From positions 5,332,001 through 5,396,000 of the forward strand of contig CM059432.1 of assembly GCA_030390025.1 (NCBI GenBank): a stretch of DNA of 64,000 nt. Direction: 5' to 3'. The position numbers and the translations under genes were made by a program. This DNA is from Squalus acanthias. Taxonomy: Eukaryota. This document shows positions 25,026 to 37,441 of this stretch, piece by piece; position 1 is the first letter of the stretch, and every line of letters begins with the position of its first letter. The notes beneath the pieces were generated by a model that was given only the letters and a program-made list of their open reading frames with translations, was not told the DNA's origin and made no database searches.

Positions 25026-27104
25026 CTCTCCAATATTCTCCGTTAAGTCTCTCCATCCCACCCGAGGTTACCAGTTTAACTTCACCTCCGCCACTTTATC
25101 TAGGTTCCAAGGCATTCTGCTCCTCTTCAACCAGCTCATGTTCCAAATATGGCCCCAGTGCCTCACTAACTTGAAACTCCCACCAAAAACCACTCTTCCA
25201 GCTGCTCACTCCGCTGTTTAATCTTTCTCTCTGCCTGTCAGGCTGATCACATGGCACAGGTTTGTTCCTGAGAATACTAACCTTGCAGTCTTGCTTCTTA
25301 CTAGCTCTCATTCATTGAATAAGATGCCTTTCTTGGTCCTACCAAAACCATTACTTCCCTCATAGACCACAACCACTGGCTTCTTGCCTAACCCTCCCAA
25401 AGCGTTGAGCAAGAAGCTTCAATTTCAATTGTAGCTTCTAGTTTGAATTGTAAGTTAAATTGTAAAAATCTCACCCTTCATTATGTTTGAGATGTCTGAA
25501 TGGGAATATGATTTCCTCGCCCCTCACCACTTAGCCTCGACTCCCAGTTACCATCTTGTGTTCAGTACCACAATAAGGGTAAGAATCAAGATTGAATGAA
25601 GACAACTAATTTCTGTGCCCAGCCTCAGACGTGATAGATTCCTTCCTCACTCAGGAGGTCAGTTCCGAGTGGCGTGTTTAAAAAGAACTCTGGTTCGAGG
25701 ACATGGGGGCATAGTCTAAAAATTAGAGCCAGACCTTTCAGGAGTGAAATTACACACACAGGGTGTAGAAGTTTGGAACTCTTACGCATACGGCAATTGA
25801 TGCTAGATCAATTGTTAATTTTAAATCAGAGATTGATAGATTTCTGTTAACCAATGGTATTAAAGGTTATGGGCCAAAGGATGGTATATGGAGTTAGGTC
25901 GCAGATCAGCCATGATCTCATTGAATGGTGGAACAGACTCGAGGGGCTGAATGGCCTACTGCCTGTTCCTGTATTCCTGTGTGCTGTTGTACGGAAAACA
26001 AATAGCCACTACTCTTCTAACTTAAGATTTGGTATCCTATTTTGTTTTGTTAGTCTCCGGCTGCTCAGTTAATGAATTTTTAATCCTAATTTATATACCA
26101 GCAGATGTCCTGTTTTTGATTCCTTTTTAAATATGTGCTGTGAAACATTTCCTTGCAATTTATATGCAAAATAAAGCCAGTGATCTGAGTAATTTGTAAT
26201 TCCCAAGAGAAAATATACTTGTTATTTTGAGTTGGATGTATTATTCACACTACATCCAATTATGTACCTGTGAAAGTAAATCTTTCTCTGCTGAAGTGTG
26301 ATAGCTTGTATAGCTGTTAATAATTCTCAATATTTTCATAAATCCAGTCATAATAGATTATTATTCAAAACTTTTAATAAGTTTGATTCGGATTGTCTGC
26401 ATTCAATGGCTCATCCGCTGCCATTTCTGTCACCTCCAACACAATCCAAACACATCTTTCCATTCCCCTCCCCTTTCACCATTCCAAAAGGACCATTCCC
26501 TCTGACACCCATCTGCTCCCCTCTGTCACCCCCCCAACAACTGCTCTCCTTCCTCCGGCACCGCCCCACGTGAGTGCAGGACCCCACAGCCCCATCCAGG
26601 GCCCCTAGCACTCTTTGTGGGCGAGACAGCCACTTAGAAGCTTAAAATGATACAGCACAAAAGGAGGCCATTCAGCCTATCGTGCCTGTGCCGACTCTTT
26701 GAAAGAGCTATCTAATTAGTCCCACTCCCCTGCTCTTTCCCCATAGCCCTGCAAAGTTTTCCTGTTCAAGTATCTATCCAATTCCCTTTTGAAAGTTACT
26801 ATTGAATCTGCTTCCACTGCCTTTTCAACCAGATCATACCAAATTGCTGCAGTTATTTAAAAAAAAATTTTTTTTAATTCTCCATCTCCCCTCTGGTTCT
26901 CTTGCTAATTATCTTAAACCTGTGTCCTCTGGTTATCAACCCTCCTGCCAGTAGAAACTGTTTCTCCCTATCTACTCCCATCAAAACCCCTCATAATTTT
27001 GAGCACCAATATTAAATCTCCCCTTAACCTTCTTTGCATTAAATTTCATCTGTCATGTGTCTGCCTATTTCACCAGTCTGTCTATGTCCTCCTGAAGTCT
27101 GCTA

Positions 27105-29525
27105 CTGAGCTCTTTTTCTGTCACCTTCGTCTCCGTGCCCACTTCTTTGGCCGGAGTCTTCCCCCCCGCACAGCTGACCCTTTCTCCTGTTTTCAGAATT
27201 CTCGTTCTACCTGGACCCCTCCCTCTGGCCTCTTAACCTCTCTAGATCTTTTCATTGTAAACTGCCGGTGTGACATCGACCGTCTCAATTTCTCTGTTAC
27301 CCTTACCCACTCCAACCTACCTCCCTCTGAACCTGCAGCACTTCATTCTCTCAGATCCAACCCCAACATTGTTATTAAACCTGCTGACAAGGGTGGCGCT
27401 GTTGTTGTTTGGCAAACCGACCTCTACCTAAAGGAGGCTGAATGCCAACTCTCCGACACATCCTCCTACCTTCCCCTGGACCATGACCACACTACCGAAC
27501 ATCAAGCCACCGTTTCCAAGACTGTCACTGACCTCATCTCCTCTGGAGATCTTCCCTCCACGGCCGCCAACCTCATAGTTCCCCAACCCCGCATAACCCA
27601 CTTCTACCTCCTTCCTAAGATCCACAAACAGGACTGCCCTGGTAGACCCATCGCTTCAGCCTGTTCTTGCCCCACGGAACTTATCTCTTCCTATCTTGAC
27701 TCTCTTTTCTCCCCTTGTCCAGTCTCTTCCCACCTACATCCGTGACTCTTCCGACGCCCTCCGCCACTTTAACAGTTTCCAGTTTCCTGGCCCCAACCGT
27801 CTCCTTTTCACTATGGACGTCCAATCCCGCGACACCTCCATCCCCCACCAGGGCGGCCTGAGGGCGCTCCGCTTCCTCCTTGAACAGAGGCCCAACCAGT
27901 CCCCTTCCACCACCACCACCCTCCTTCGCCTGACTGAACTTGTTCTCACATTGAACAACTTCTCCTTTGACTCCACTCACTTCCTCCAAATTAAAGGTGT
28001 TGCTATGGGAACCCGCATGGGTCCTAGCTATGCCTGCTTTTTCGTGGGATATGTGGGACATTCTTTGTTCTAGTCCTACTCCGGTCCCCTCCCTCACCTC
28101 CTCTTTTTCTGGTACATCGATGACTGTATCGGTGCCATTTCCTGCTCTCGCCCTGAACTAGAAAATTTCATTCACTTTGTTTCCAATTTCCACCCTTCCC
28201 TCACCTTCACATGGTCCATCTCTGTCTCTTCCCTTCCCTTCCTCGACTTCTCTGTCTCCATCTCTGGGGATAGGCTATTGACAAACATTCACTATAAGCC
28301 CACTGACTCCCACAGCTACATGGACTACACTATCTCCCACCCCGCTTCCTGTAAGGACTCTATTCCATTCTCCCAGTTTCTCCGTCTCCGTCACATCTGC
28401 TCTGACGATGCCACCTTCCATGCTAGTGCTTCCGACATGTCTTCGTTTTTCCTCAACCGAGGTTTCCCCTCGACCGTGTCCGTTCTATTTCCCGCACTTC
28501 TGCTCTCATCCCTTCCCCTCCCTCCCAGAACCACGATAGGGTTCCCCTTGTCCTCACCTTTCAACCCACCAGCCTCCACATTCAACGGATCATCCTCTGC
28601 CATTTCCGCCACCTCCAGCGTGATCCCACCACCAAACACATCTTCCCCTCACCTCCCCTTTCAGCATTCCGAAGGGACCGCTCCCTCCGCGACATCCTGG
28701 TCCACTCCTCTATCACCCTCAACACCCCTTCGCTCGGCACCTTCCTGTGCAAGCGCAGGAGATGCAACGCCTGCCCTTTTACCTCCTCCCTTCCCACTGT
28801 CCAGGGCCCCAAACACTCCTTCCAGGTGGAACAGCGATTTACTTGTTGTACTTGCAATTTAGTATACTGTATTCGCTGCTCAAGGGGAGACCAAACGAAG
28901 ATTGGGTGACTGCTTTGTGGAACACCTTCGTTCAGTCCGTAAGGGTGACCCTGAGCTTCCGGTCGCCTGTCACTTTAATTCTCTGCTCCACTCCCACTCT
29001 GACCTCTCCGTCCTCAGCCTCTTACACTGTTCCAATGAAGCTCAACGTAAGCTCGAGGAACAGCACCTCATCTTTCGATTGGGCACTTTACAGCCTTCTG
29101 GACTCAACATCGAGTTCAACAATTTCAGACCATAACCTCTGCCCCTATCTTTTTTTCTCTCTCCATGGCAGCTGTTGATCATCCTGCCATTGCCATTCAC
29201 ACCTCATCTAGCGTCATCTTTTGTTTCCTAACTTGTCCCATTACCATCTCCTTTTGCCTTGCACCATCATCCCTGTTGTCTCTTAATCTCTCCTGCCTTT
29301 CACCCTATCACAGACCTTCCCTTTTGTTCTTTCCTCACCTCCCTCCTCTCCCTGCACTTGCTTAAAAACCTGTTACATCTCCAACTTTTTCCAGTTCTGA
29401 CGAAGGGTCATCGACCTGAAACGTTAACTGTTTCTGTCTCTGCAGATGCTGCCTGACCTGCTGAGTATTTCCAGCATTTTCTGTTTTTATTTCAGATTTC
29501 CAGCATCTGCAGTATTTTGCTTTTG
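27105..29525 (+). mobile_element. Penelope-like element (RT + GIY-YIG endonuclease + pseudo-LTR), decayed
   Basis: KPADKGGAVVV, FYLLPKIHK..PGRPI, TMDV, GVAMGTRMGP, YIDD, YKPTDSHSY, SIPFSQFLRLR, GETKRRLGD.F.EH, VACHFN; 3' hammerhead motif. Confidence 0.92.
29392..29430 (+). ncRNA. Minimal type I hammerhead ribozyme (Penelope pLTR)
   Basis: CAGTT-CTGACGA-A-GGGTC.ATC.GACCT-GAAA-CG-TT^-AACTG: helix I CAGTT/AACTG, helix II, palindromic 2-nt helix III. Confidence 0.75.
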
Positions 29526-30342
29526 TAATATACTCCTTACTACATTTGCAAGTATTTGTGTCATCTGCAAACTTTGAAATTATGCCCCTATACCCAACTC
29601 TAGGTCATTAATATATATCAAAAAGAGCAGTGGTCCTAATACCGATCCTTGGGGAACACCACTGTATACTTCTCTCCAGTTTGAAAAGCAACCAGCACCT
29701 CTGACGGTGCAGCACTCCCTCAGTACTCCACTGGAGTGCCGTCGGCATTATGTACTCAAGTCCTGGGAGCGGCGGACACTTGTTCAGCTTAGTCACTCCT
29801 TGTTATCCTTAGCTGTGTCCTTACTGGATCTGGTTGGCAGGTGTGACACTTTCTCCCTCATCTCTTTCTAGCTCTCCTAAACTCACCATACAATCACTTC
29901 CTACATCCCAATTGTATTGAAATCAAGACTCTTCACTACAGTGACCTACTCCAACTTATTCTTGTTATAGTCTCTCTGACAAAACAGTTGCCAAATTGGC
30001 CACCTTGCCATAAGAACATAACATAAGAAATAGGAGCTGGAGTAGACCACTTGGCCCTTCGAGCCTGCTCTGCCATTCAACAAGATCATGGCTGATCTAC
30101 CTCAACTCCGCCTTCCCGCACTATCCCCATATCCCTTAGTTCCCAAACATGTATCGACCTCTGTCTTGAATATACTCAACGACTGAGCCTCCACAGCTCT
30201 GTGGGGTTGAGAATACCAGAGTTTGACAATCCTTTGAATGAAGAAATTTCTCCTCATCTCAGTCCTAAAAGGCCGACCCCTTATTCTGAGACTGTGACAC
30301 AAGCCATGAGCAGCACTTCGCGAGATTCGCTAGTTATTAATA

Positions 30343-30670
30343 GAAAGAAAAAGAAAGACTTGTATTTCTATAGCGCCTTTCACGACTACCTCGCGTCCCA
30401 AAGTGCTTTACAGCCAATGAAGTACTTTTTGAAGTGTAGTCACTGTTGTAATGTAGGAAACACGGCAGCCAATTTGCACACAGCAAGATCCCACAAACAG
30501 CAATGTGATAATGGCCAGATCATTTTTTATTAGTTATGTTGATTGAGGGATAAATATTGGCCAGGACACTGGGGATAACTCCCCCGCTCTTCAAAATAGT
30601 GCCCGTGGGATCTTTTGCGTCCACCTGAGAGAGCAGAGGGGGCCTCTGTTTAATGTCTCATCCGAAAGAG
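30343..30670 (-). mobile_element. Deu-domain SINE, 5'-truncated
   Basis: Same family. Confidence 0.8.
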
Positions 30671-31370
30671 GAGATAGGTTAAAAATATGTACTGAATTTT
30701 TATTTTTGGTCATATTGTACCAATTGAGTTGTTGCCGATACCTGGACAGGAAAAGTCGCAAGAAATTCAGAGAGAAGCTCTCTTATACTGTGCAGCACTT
30801 TAAGCTGACAAATCACCTGTCAAAACAAGGTAATTTAATCTAATATCTTCGACAGGAACACCCAGTTAAATGCTCGAAACAATGCAGCTATATGGTTGCG
30901 TCCAAACATATGATAAAGGAATGTTTCTGCTCTTTGATAGCTTAGATTTGAATGACTGGAGCTTGTCCACCTTTAGGCTTGCTGCATAAGAAGTATTGGG
31001 TAAAATATAACCTTCACAAATATTATCATGGTCAGTTTTACAGCACAGAAGGAGGTCCAATGCAACCTGTGCCACACCTTTGAAAGAGGCTGTCCACTTA
31101 TTCCCATTCCTTTGTTCTTTCCCCATTGAATCATAGAATGATGTAGCACAGAAGATGCCATTCGGTGCATCTTGCTGTGCCAGCTCTTCGAACGAGCTAT
31201 CCAATTAGTCCCACTCCCTGCCCTTTGCCTCATAGCCCTGCAAATTTTTCCCCTTCAAGTATTTATCCATTTCACTTTTAAAAGTTCTCTTTATAAAAAA
31301 AAATATATATATATATTTTTTTCAAATCTTTATCCAAATGTTATCTGGGCTTCCTTTGGTTCTTTTGCAG

Positions 31371-31559
31371 GTGCGTGGGAAACCAAAATCAGTAGCCGGG
31401 AAAAGCGACAACAACGCAGACGCGATAAAGGAATAAATGAAACTTCCTCCGTGGATTCCAGCCTTCCTGCCGTTGGATCTGAAGCGGTTCCAGCACAGCA
31501 ACAGACGTTGGCCTCAGCTGGGCTGGGTCCTCGGAAGAGCAAAGGAGTAGAAACTGCAG
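31371..31559 (+). CDS. mtdh: Metadherin coding exon: (G)AWETKISSREKRQQRRRDKG...GPRKSKGVETA
   Basis: ttttgcAG acceptor, CAG|GTTGGT donor, 189 nt, phase 1-1. GAWETKIS.REKRQQR.RDK is a hallmark MTDH motif. Confidence 0.95.
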
Positions 31560-32418
31560 GTTGGTTAGTAGAGGAATGACTTACTGATAATAAACACAAC
31601 ACTGGATTTTACTCTAGGAACCATAGACTGTGCGTGCAGGAAAATTATGGTAGAACCCAAGATGCCGTGCGATGAGGTAGAAGTATTGGACGCTAAGTTC
31701 AGCGCCATGTTGAGTTGTCGTAACATTTTATTGAGGGACTGTGGCCCACTCCCAGAAAGCAGTGCTTCTAGAACTTTCATCTTTTTTTTTTAAAGGCTAA
31801 ATTGTTGGTGGTTTCTAGATATTTTGGTCAGACTTACTCTGAATATTCTTCATAACCAAAGATCAGTAATTACAAATAACAAACACAAAAATAAGGGGCC
31901 GTATTTTGCGGCCCCTACGGGTGTGCATGCGCCCATCAGGGCCTCGCAAGTTCCGAGTTTAGGCATGCGCTAAAACCCAGAACTTGGGATGATCCGCATC
32001 CGCGGGCGGAGAGTTGGGCTATTTTGCCCAGCGAATGCCCGTGAAATTCTTACGCCTGGTAAAGGCAGACGTATGGGCCTGCTTTTACCAGCGTAAGAGT
32101 TTTAAAAAAACAGAAAATAAAATTTTATCAATAATTTATACATTTAAAAACCTGTGAAATAAGGTAAGTTTATTTTTGGCCTCCTTAAAACATGTAAATT
32201 CATTTTTCAAAATATTTTAAATAAATTTAATTAAATGCCATTTTAATTAATTTTAAATGTGATTTTTTTTTTAAGTGTAGAGGTATTTTTGGGGGTATTC
32301 TCATTCATACTTATGGGGTTTCGGTACATGGGGAATCCCGATAAGAATGAATGGGGATCCCCTTCTGTCATTCGTTGGGCCGGCCCACGTGATCCAGGGG
32401 CGCTCGTGAAATGTACGC

Positions 32419-32790
32419 AGTTGTAATGTAGAAACGCAGCAGCCAAATTGTGCACAGCAAGCTCCCACAAACAGCAATGTGATAATGACCAGATAATCTG
32501 TTTCATTGATGTTGATTGAGTGATAAATATTGGCCAGGACACCAAGGGAGAACTCCCCTGCTCTTATCAAAATAGTGCCATGGGATCTTTTGTGTCCACC
32601 TGAGAGAGCAGACGGGGGCCTCTGTTTAACAGCCTCATCCAAAAGACGGCACAGCAGACAGTGCAGCACTCCCTCAGCACTGCACTGGAGTGTCAGCCTA
32701 GACTTTTGTGCTCAAGTCTCTGGCGTGGGACTTGAACCCACAACCTTCTGGTGTGGAGGCGCGGGTGCTACCCACTGAGCTACAGCTGAC
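32419..32790 (-). mobile_element. Deu-domain SINE (head and core)
   Basis: Same family; ends ~42 nt before an exon acceptor. Confidence 0.85.
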
Positions 32791-32832
32791 GCACGCAATG
32801 CTGAATAAGGCTTGTTGATGTTTTCTTCAAAG

Positions 32833-33087
32833 TTGCTCCCGGATGGGGTGAACCGCTAACCGTGAATGGAGGAGGCTGGTGTGACATCCCGGTGAAGCTG
32901 CCCACTCAGATTAGCGCAACGAAGGATGATAAATGGCGGCAAATCCCAGTATTGGCAAATGCAAAAAGAAGCCCGGATCAGCCTGCTTGGGGCCAAGAAG
33001 GTGGTGATACCAATGCAGGGGCAAAAGATTGGAATGTACCCTTAGTCGACAAGACTTGGAGTGAGCATGCACTATTCCCTAGCATTG
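32833..33087 (+). CDS. mtdh: Metadherin coding exon: (V)APGWGEPLTVNGGGWCDIPVKL...KDWNVPLVDKTWSEHALFPSI
   Basis: ttcttcaaAG acceptor, G|GTGAGT donor, 255 nt, phase 1-1. LTVNGGGW, KDW and WS motifs as in human MTDH. Confidence 0.95.
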
Positions 33088-33735
33088 GTGAGTGTTCTTC
33101 AATTTGAGTCTTGCACCTCTCTTAATTAAAATTGCTTAATTTAGAAATAACATCAACAACTTGTGTTGAAATAGCGCCTTTAACGGAGTAAAGCATCCCA
33201 AGGCGCTTCACGGGAGCATAGTAAAAGAAGATTTGACACCAAGTGGGTATTAAATTTACGTATTTTTGCCCAGCAGGGCAAGTGAAGGTAAGTTGACGCG
33301 GGGGGCGGAAATTAAACTGACTCATTACTTCAGCGTGTTGTGACCAGGCAGAGATTTTCTGGCGCTGAAGATTGATTTTTATTTGCCTAATTCGAGTTGC
33401 TGCTGTTAGCAAAGCTTGGGGCACCATCCTCTGTAGTGTGATGCCTGGCATTATTTAATTGTTATAGTATGTATATGACTTCCAAAGTTATTCCTGTTCT
33501 TGTTTTTCACCTGTACCCCTCTCCTTTTTAAGACCCTCCTTAAAATCTACCTCTTTGACCAAGCTTTTGGTCACCTGTTCTAATATCTCTCTCCATGCTC
33601 GGTGTCACACTTTGCCGATATACCTATGAAGAGCATTGGGACGTTTTACTATGTTAAAGGCGCTATATAAATGCAAGTTGTTCTGTCTTTTCCAGAAAAA
33701 CTCAGTTGTTGTAAATACACATTTTGCTTTTTCAG

Positions 33736-33822
33736 GGGCTTGGGCAGGTGTCAATGAAAGGATGACTACCTCGGAGAAGAAACCTTCTTTCTCTGCTCTG
33801 GGGGCGAAAGCTGCAGTGGCCA
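33736..33822 (+). CDS. mtdh: Metadherin probable cassette exon: (G)AWAGVNERMTTSEKKPSFSALGAKAAVA
   Basis: ttttcAG acceptor, A|GTAAAT donor, 87 nt symmetric phase 1-1, open frame. Resembles an optional AW...TSE...SF..L segment I recall from long MTDH isoforms. Confidence 0.75.
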
Positions 33823-33966
33823 GTAAATATTGCTTTTGCATTTGATATTTAATCTGAAAACTGTTTTGAATCCACTCCTTTGCGACTGTAAGGTCAGAAA
33901 TTAGTCGTGTGTTTCATGTTGCTGATGAACCTGTTTCTTGTTACGCTGTTATTTCAATCATTGTTG

Positions 33967-34410
33967 TGTCAGCCGTGGCTCAGTGGGCAGCACTCTCGCC
34001 TCGGAGTCAGAAGGTTGTGGGTTCAAGTCCCACTCCAGAGACTTGAGCACAAAAATCTAGGCTGACACTCCCAGTGCAGTACTGAGGGAGCGCCGCACTG
34101 TCGGAGGTGCCGTCTTTTGGATGAGACGTTAAACCGAGGCCCCGTCTGCTCTCTCAGGTGGACATAAAAGATCCTATATTGAAAAAGAGCAGGGGAGTTC
34201 TCCCCGGTGTTCTGGCCAATACTTATTCCTCAATCACTAAAACAGATGATCTGGTCATTATCCCATTGCTGTTGGTGGGAGCTTGCTGCGAGCAAATTGG
34301 CTGCTGCGTTTCCTACATTACAACAGTGACGACATTTCAAAAGTACTTCAGTGGCTGTAAAGTGCTTCGGGACGTCCGGTGGTCGTGAAAGGTGCTATAG
34401 AAATGCAAGT
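33967..34410 (+). mobile_element. Full-length Deu-domain SINE
   Basis: Same family. Confidence 0.85.
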
Positions 34411-36082
34411 TTTTTTTTATTGTTCATTTGATCGATCAGATGTATAGGTGTTTGTCAGTATACCTTTTTACACGCGCTACAGCACTGCTAAAGTAAGTTT
34501 TTGATTTTTGTTTAAATTTAATGTTCCTGGTAGCAGAGGCCCCTTGTAATTTCGCACAAAAGAAGATTAAATTGCTAGTCATACTGAGGCTGAATGATGG
34601 CTATTGCAGCAAATTAAAAATTTCCATGCTGGTACAATGAGGAATGGTATTCTGATATTGAAAATAAGGCCGATTGTTGGGGCAGAATAAAGGGAACTTT
34701 GCTCTGTGTTTGGCCCTGGTTATATCTGCCCTGGAAGTTCTTGAATCTGAGATTATGTGATAAATGTGTCACTCCCTACTTAAATTCACCCATCTTGACT
34801 GCAGAAACTCCCAGGGAAAAAAGTATTGATTTTGAGGGTGCGTAATCCTGTACAATAAACTTGGATGTAAAGATGCAACATCCCTTTCCCTTCCTTTGCT
34901 GAATGGCTTTAGTTGCAAAGAAATGGAGCCATTTAAATTTATGAAGCGCCTTTCGTGTCCTTAAGGTGCCCTAAATGCTTTACAGCCAACAAATTACTTT
35001 TGAAGTGCAGTCACTGTTGTGATGTCGGCAAATGTGGCAGCCAATTTGTGCACAGGAAGGTCCCATAAATGGCAATGAGATAAATGACCAGATAAACTGT
35101 TTTAGTGATGGTTGAGGGATGAGTGTTAGACTGGACACTGAGAGCTTCCCTGCTCTTCTATGAATACTGCCAAGAGATATCGAGCGAAGCCAGGTAATTG
35201 GATCAGCCATGAGTTAATTGAATGGCAGAACAGGCTCGAGGGGCTGAACGGTCTACTCCTGTTCCTATGTTCCTGTATTCCTTTGGAATGGAGAAGGGGG
35301 AATTGAAAATGGGTTAAATTGTATTGTTTTGAAATGTAACAAAACAGAAAATGTTTCTATCTAGCTCTGGTTCCTTTTTAAAATGGATTCAAATTCTCAA
35401 TAGTGCAAGATGATAAGCCTGGGTCAAATCAAACTTGGCAATCTTGTGCACACCTTTAAAAAGCCGTTACATGTATTTTATAAATGGCACCCCAGAGCTT
35501 CGTGATGGCTGGGCCCTGTTGAGACCTGTGACTCAATGCCTGAGGCTGTTGTCTACATTTCATCCACAACAAGGCCCTTATTTTTGTTTATAAAGGAAAA
35601 CGCACAACTGTAGTTGAGAATGTCTTGTGCAATACATGAATAGCTCCTCAAATTCTTCATTTGCTAAGCTAAATAATTAATTAGCTAACATTCCAGTTGA
35701 ACATCATGGATTCTAGCAGTGCTGATAGACGGGGAATTCCGCTCGACTCCTGACAGTCAAGTCGAAGATAGCTTTTGAGTTTAAAATTGGTGATAACGAA
35801 CTGGTTATTTTTAAGTTGAATTTAATTTGATTCTTAAAATTGGACCCGACTATTATTATCTGAAGTCACCAGCCAAAATCTTTGTCCATTTCTCTTCGGC
35901 GAGGGGATGTTTTTTAAAGGAACTGTGGGATTAGAAGGCCCCGTCACAACCATTCCTTCCAACCAAGAGCATTCTCAACACTTCCGATTGTTTAGCATTC
36001 TGCTTGCGAGTCTTGAGTAACTACTAGTAACCATTTTAAAAAAAAATGTAGATGATTAGAATGTAATTAAGTTTTTGCCAAT

Positions 36083-36513
36083 AGAAAGAAAGTCTTGCAT
36101 TTCTATAGCGCCTTTCATGACCACTGGACGTCCCAAAGCGATTTACAGCCAATGAAGTACTTTTTGAAGTGCAGTCATTGTTGTAATGTAGGAAAAGCAA
36201 GCTCCCACAAACAGCAATGTGATAACCTGATGATCTGTTTCTAGTGATGTTAATTGAGGGATAAATATTGGCCAGGACACCGAGGATAACTCCCATGCTC
36301 TTCTTCGAAATAGTGCCTTGGGATCTTTTACAGAGAGCAGAAGGGGCCTCAGTTTAACGTCTCATCCAAAAGGCGGCACCTTCAACAGTGCAGCACTCCC
36401 TCAGCACTGCACTGGAGTGTCAGCCTGGATTTTTGTGCTCAAGTCTCTGGAGTGAGACTTAACGCCACAACCTTCTGACTCAGGTGAGGATGCTACCCAC
36501 TGAGCCACAGCTG
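36083..36513 (-). mobile_element. Full-length Deu-domain SINE
   Basis: Same family. Confidence 0.85.
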
Positions 36514-36685
36514 ATGGCAACAAAAGTTGGTTCATTTGACACTTCTTCTCGCCAAGAGTCCCCCATCAGTCAACCAACATCGAGAATCCAAATAGGTCAT
36601 CCCTGCCAATTTGAGTAGTTATGTTTGAAAGCTGTTATTTCATGTCGCTTTGATCGTGTATAATTTCCTCGTCTCCCTTTTTCAG

Positions 36686-36784
36686 CTACCACCAATGAGC
36701 CAGCCTCCCAGCCAAGCACCGCTGACCGTCAGTGGGACGCCACCCCGGCTCCCAGCTCCATTGACGACGCCTGGTCTGGAATAA
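36686..36784 (+). CDS. mtdh: Metadherin coding exon: (T)TTNEPASQPSTADRQWDATPAPSSIDDAWSGI(N)
   Basis: Strong pyrimidine tract + cAG, A|GTATGT donor, 99 nt, phase 1-1. Matches EPVSQSTTSDYQWD...IDDEWSGLN. Confidence 0.93.
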   Translation, partial: LPPMSQPPSQAPLTVSGTPPRLPAPLTTPGLE

Positions 36785-37307
36785 GTATGTGATTCCTGCC
36801 ATGTATGGTTTTAGTTGCAAGTAAATCCCGTGCTGAAGTTGGACAAAGTAAACTGGGTGTTTGTTGACCAGGGAGGGGGAAGGGGTTGTTAAATTGTCAC
36901 AACCTGCAATCTGTTGTCGCCGCCAGCTAATCAAAAAGTAGCACTGGGTGTATTAAATGACCTCATCTTGTTACCAAAATCTCTGATACAAACCATGTAG
37001 TTAAACTGCAAGCACTCGCACTGAGAATCTGTGTGCACTGCACTGGTACCGCCCTTTGAGTCAAATCACTAAATTGGAGGCTGGTTTTGCCGCCGAGAAC
37101 TGGCTTCAACCTGCGTGAAACTCAATTCAATTTGGCCCCCCCAAACCCCGGGTGGTTCCGCAAGTTAAGACCGTGAGTAACTTGGCCTCAGTGCCCTTGT
37201 TTAACATGGTTTAAAAATTGTCCGGGATTCCCAGCCGCTAACCAGAGACCTGTGTCGAAAGCGAATATTTGTGGGTGCCTGGCTCGAGTTCATAATGTGA
37301 ACTCCCC

Positions 37308-37441
37308 CAGTGTTCCCTGTAATTATTTTTGGGTGCGCGGTCCATTCAAATCTTCGTGCATACACGGTTATTCCAATTGAAAAGCCGCCTTCGCGGGAGT
37401 TGCAGACCGCTGCACGACTGCACAGTTTAAAGGGAACATTG
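37308..37441. mobile_element. hAT-like MITE, same family (opposite orientation)
   Basis: CAGTGTTCCCT...AGGGAACATTG. Confidence 0.65.

Larger units (their letters stand above)
26645..29695 (-). mobile_element. CR1 fragment split by the Penelope-like element (26645-27105 and 29526-29695)
   Basis: CR1 tail at left; gtgtcatctgcaaacttt (KFADD) resumes after 29525. Confidence 0.7.

Noticed and set aside
27105..29135. Penelope ORF as an intact or domesticated gene
   Set aside because: Multiple frameshifts, a stop near 28073 and a deletion in the GIY-YIG region.
31618..31676. Possible small exon (ctAG...GAG|GTAGAA)
   Set aside because: 59 nt would shift the frame, the donor is weak and there is no similarity to MTDH.
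31895..32410. GC-rich then AT-rich segment, possibly a DNA-transposon relic (similar ends at 36880-37140 and 47200-47390)
   Set aside because: Could not define convincing paired TIRs or TSDs by eye, so left unannotated.
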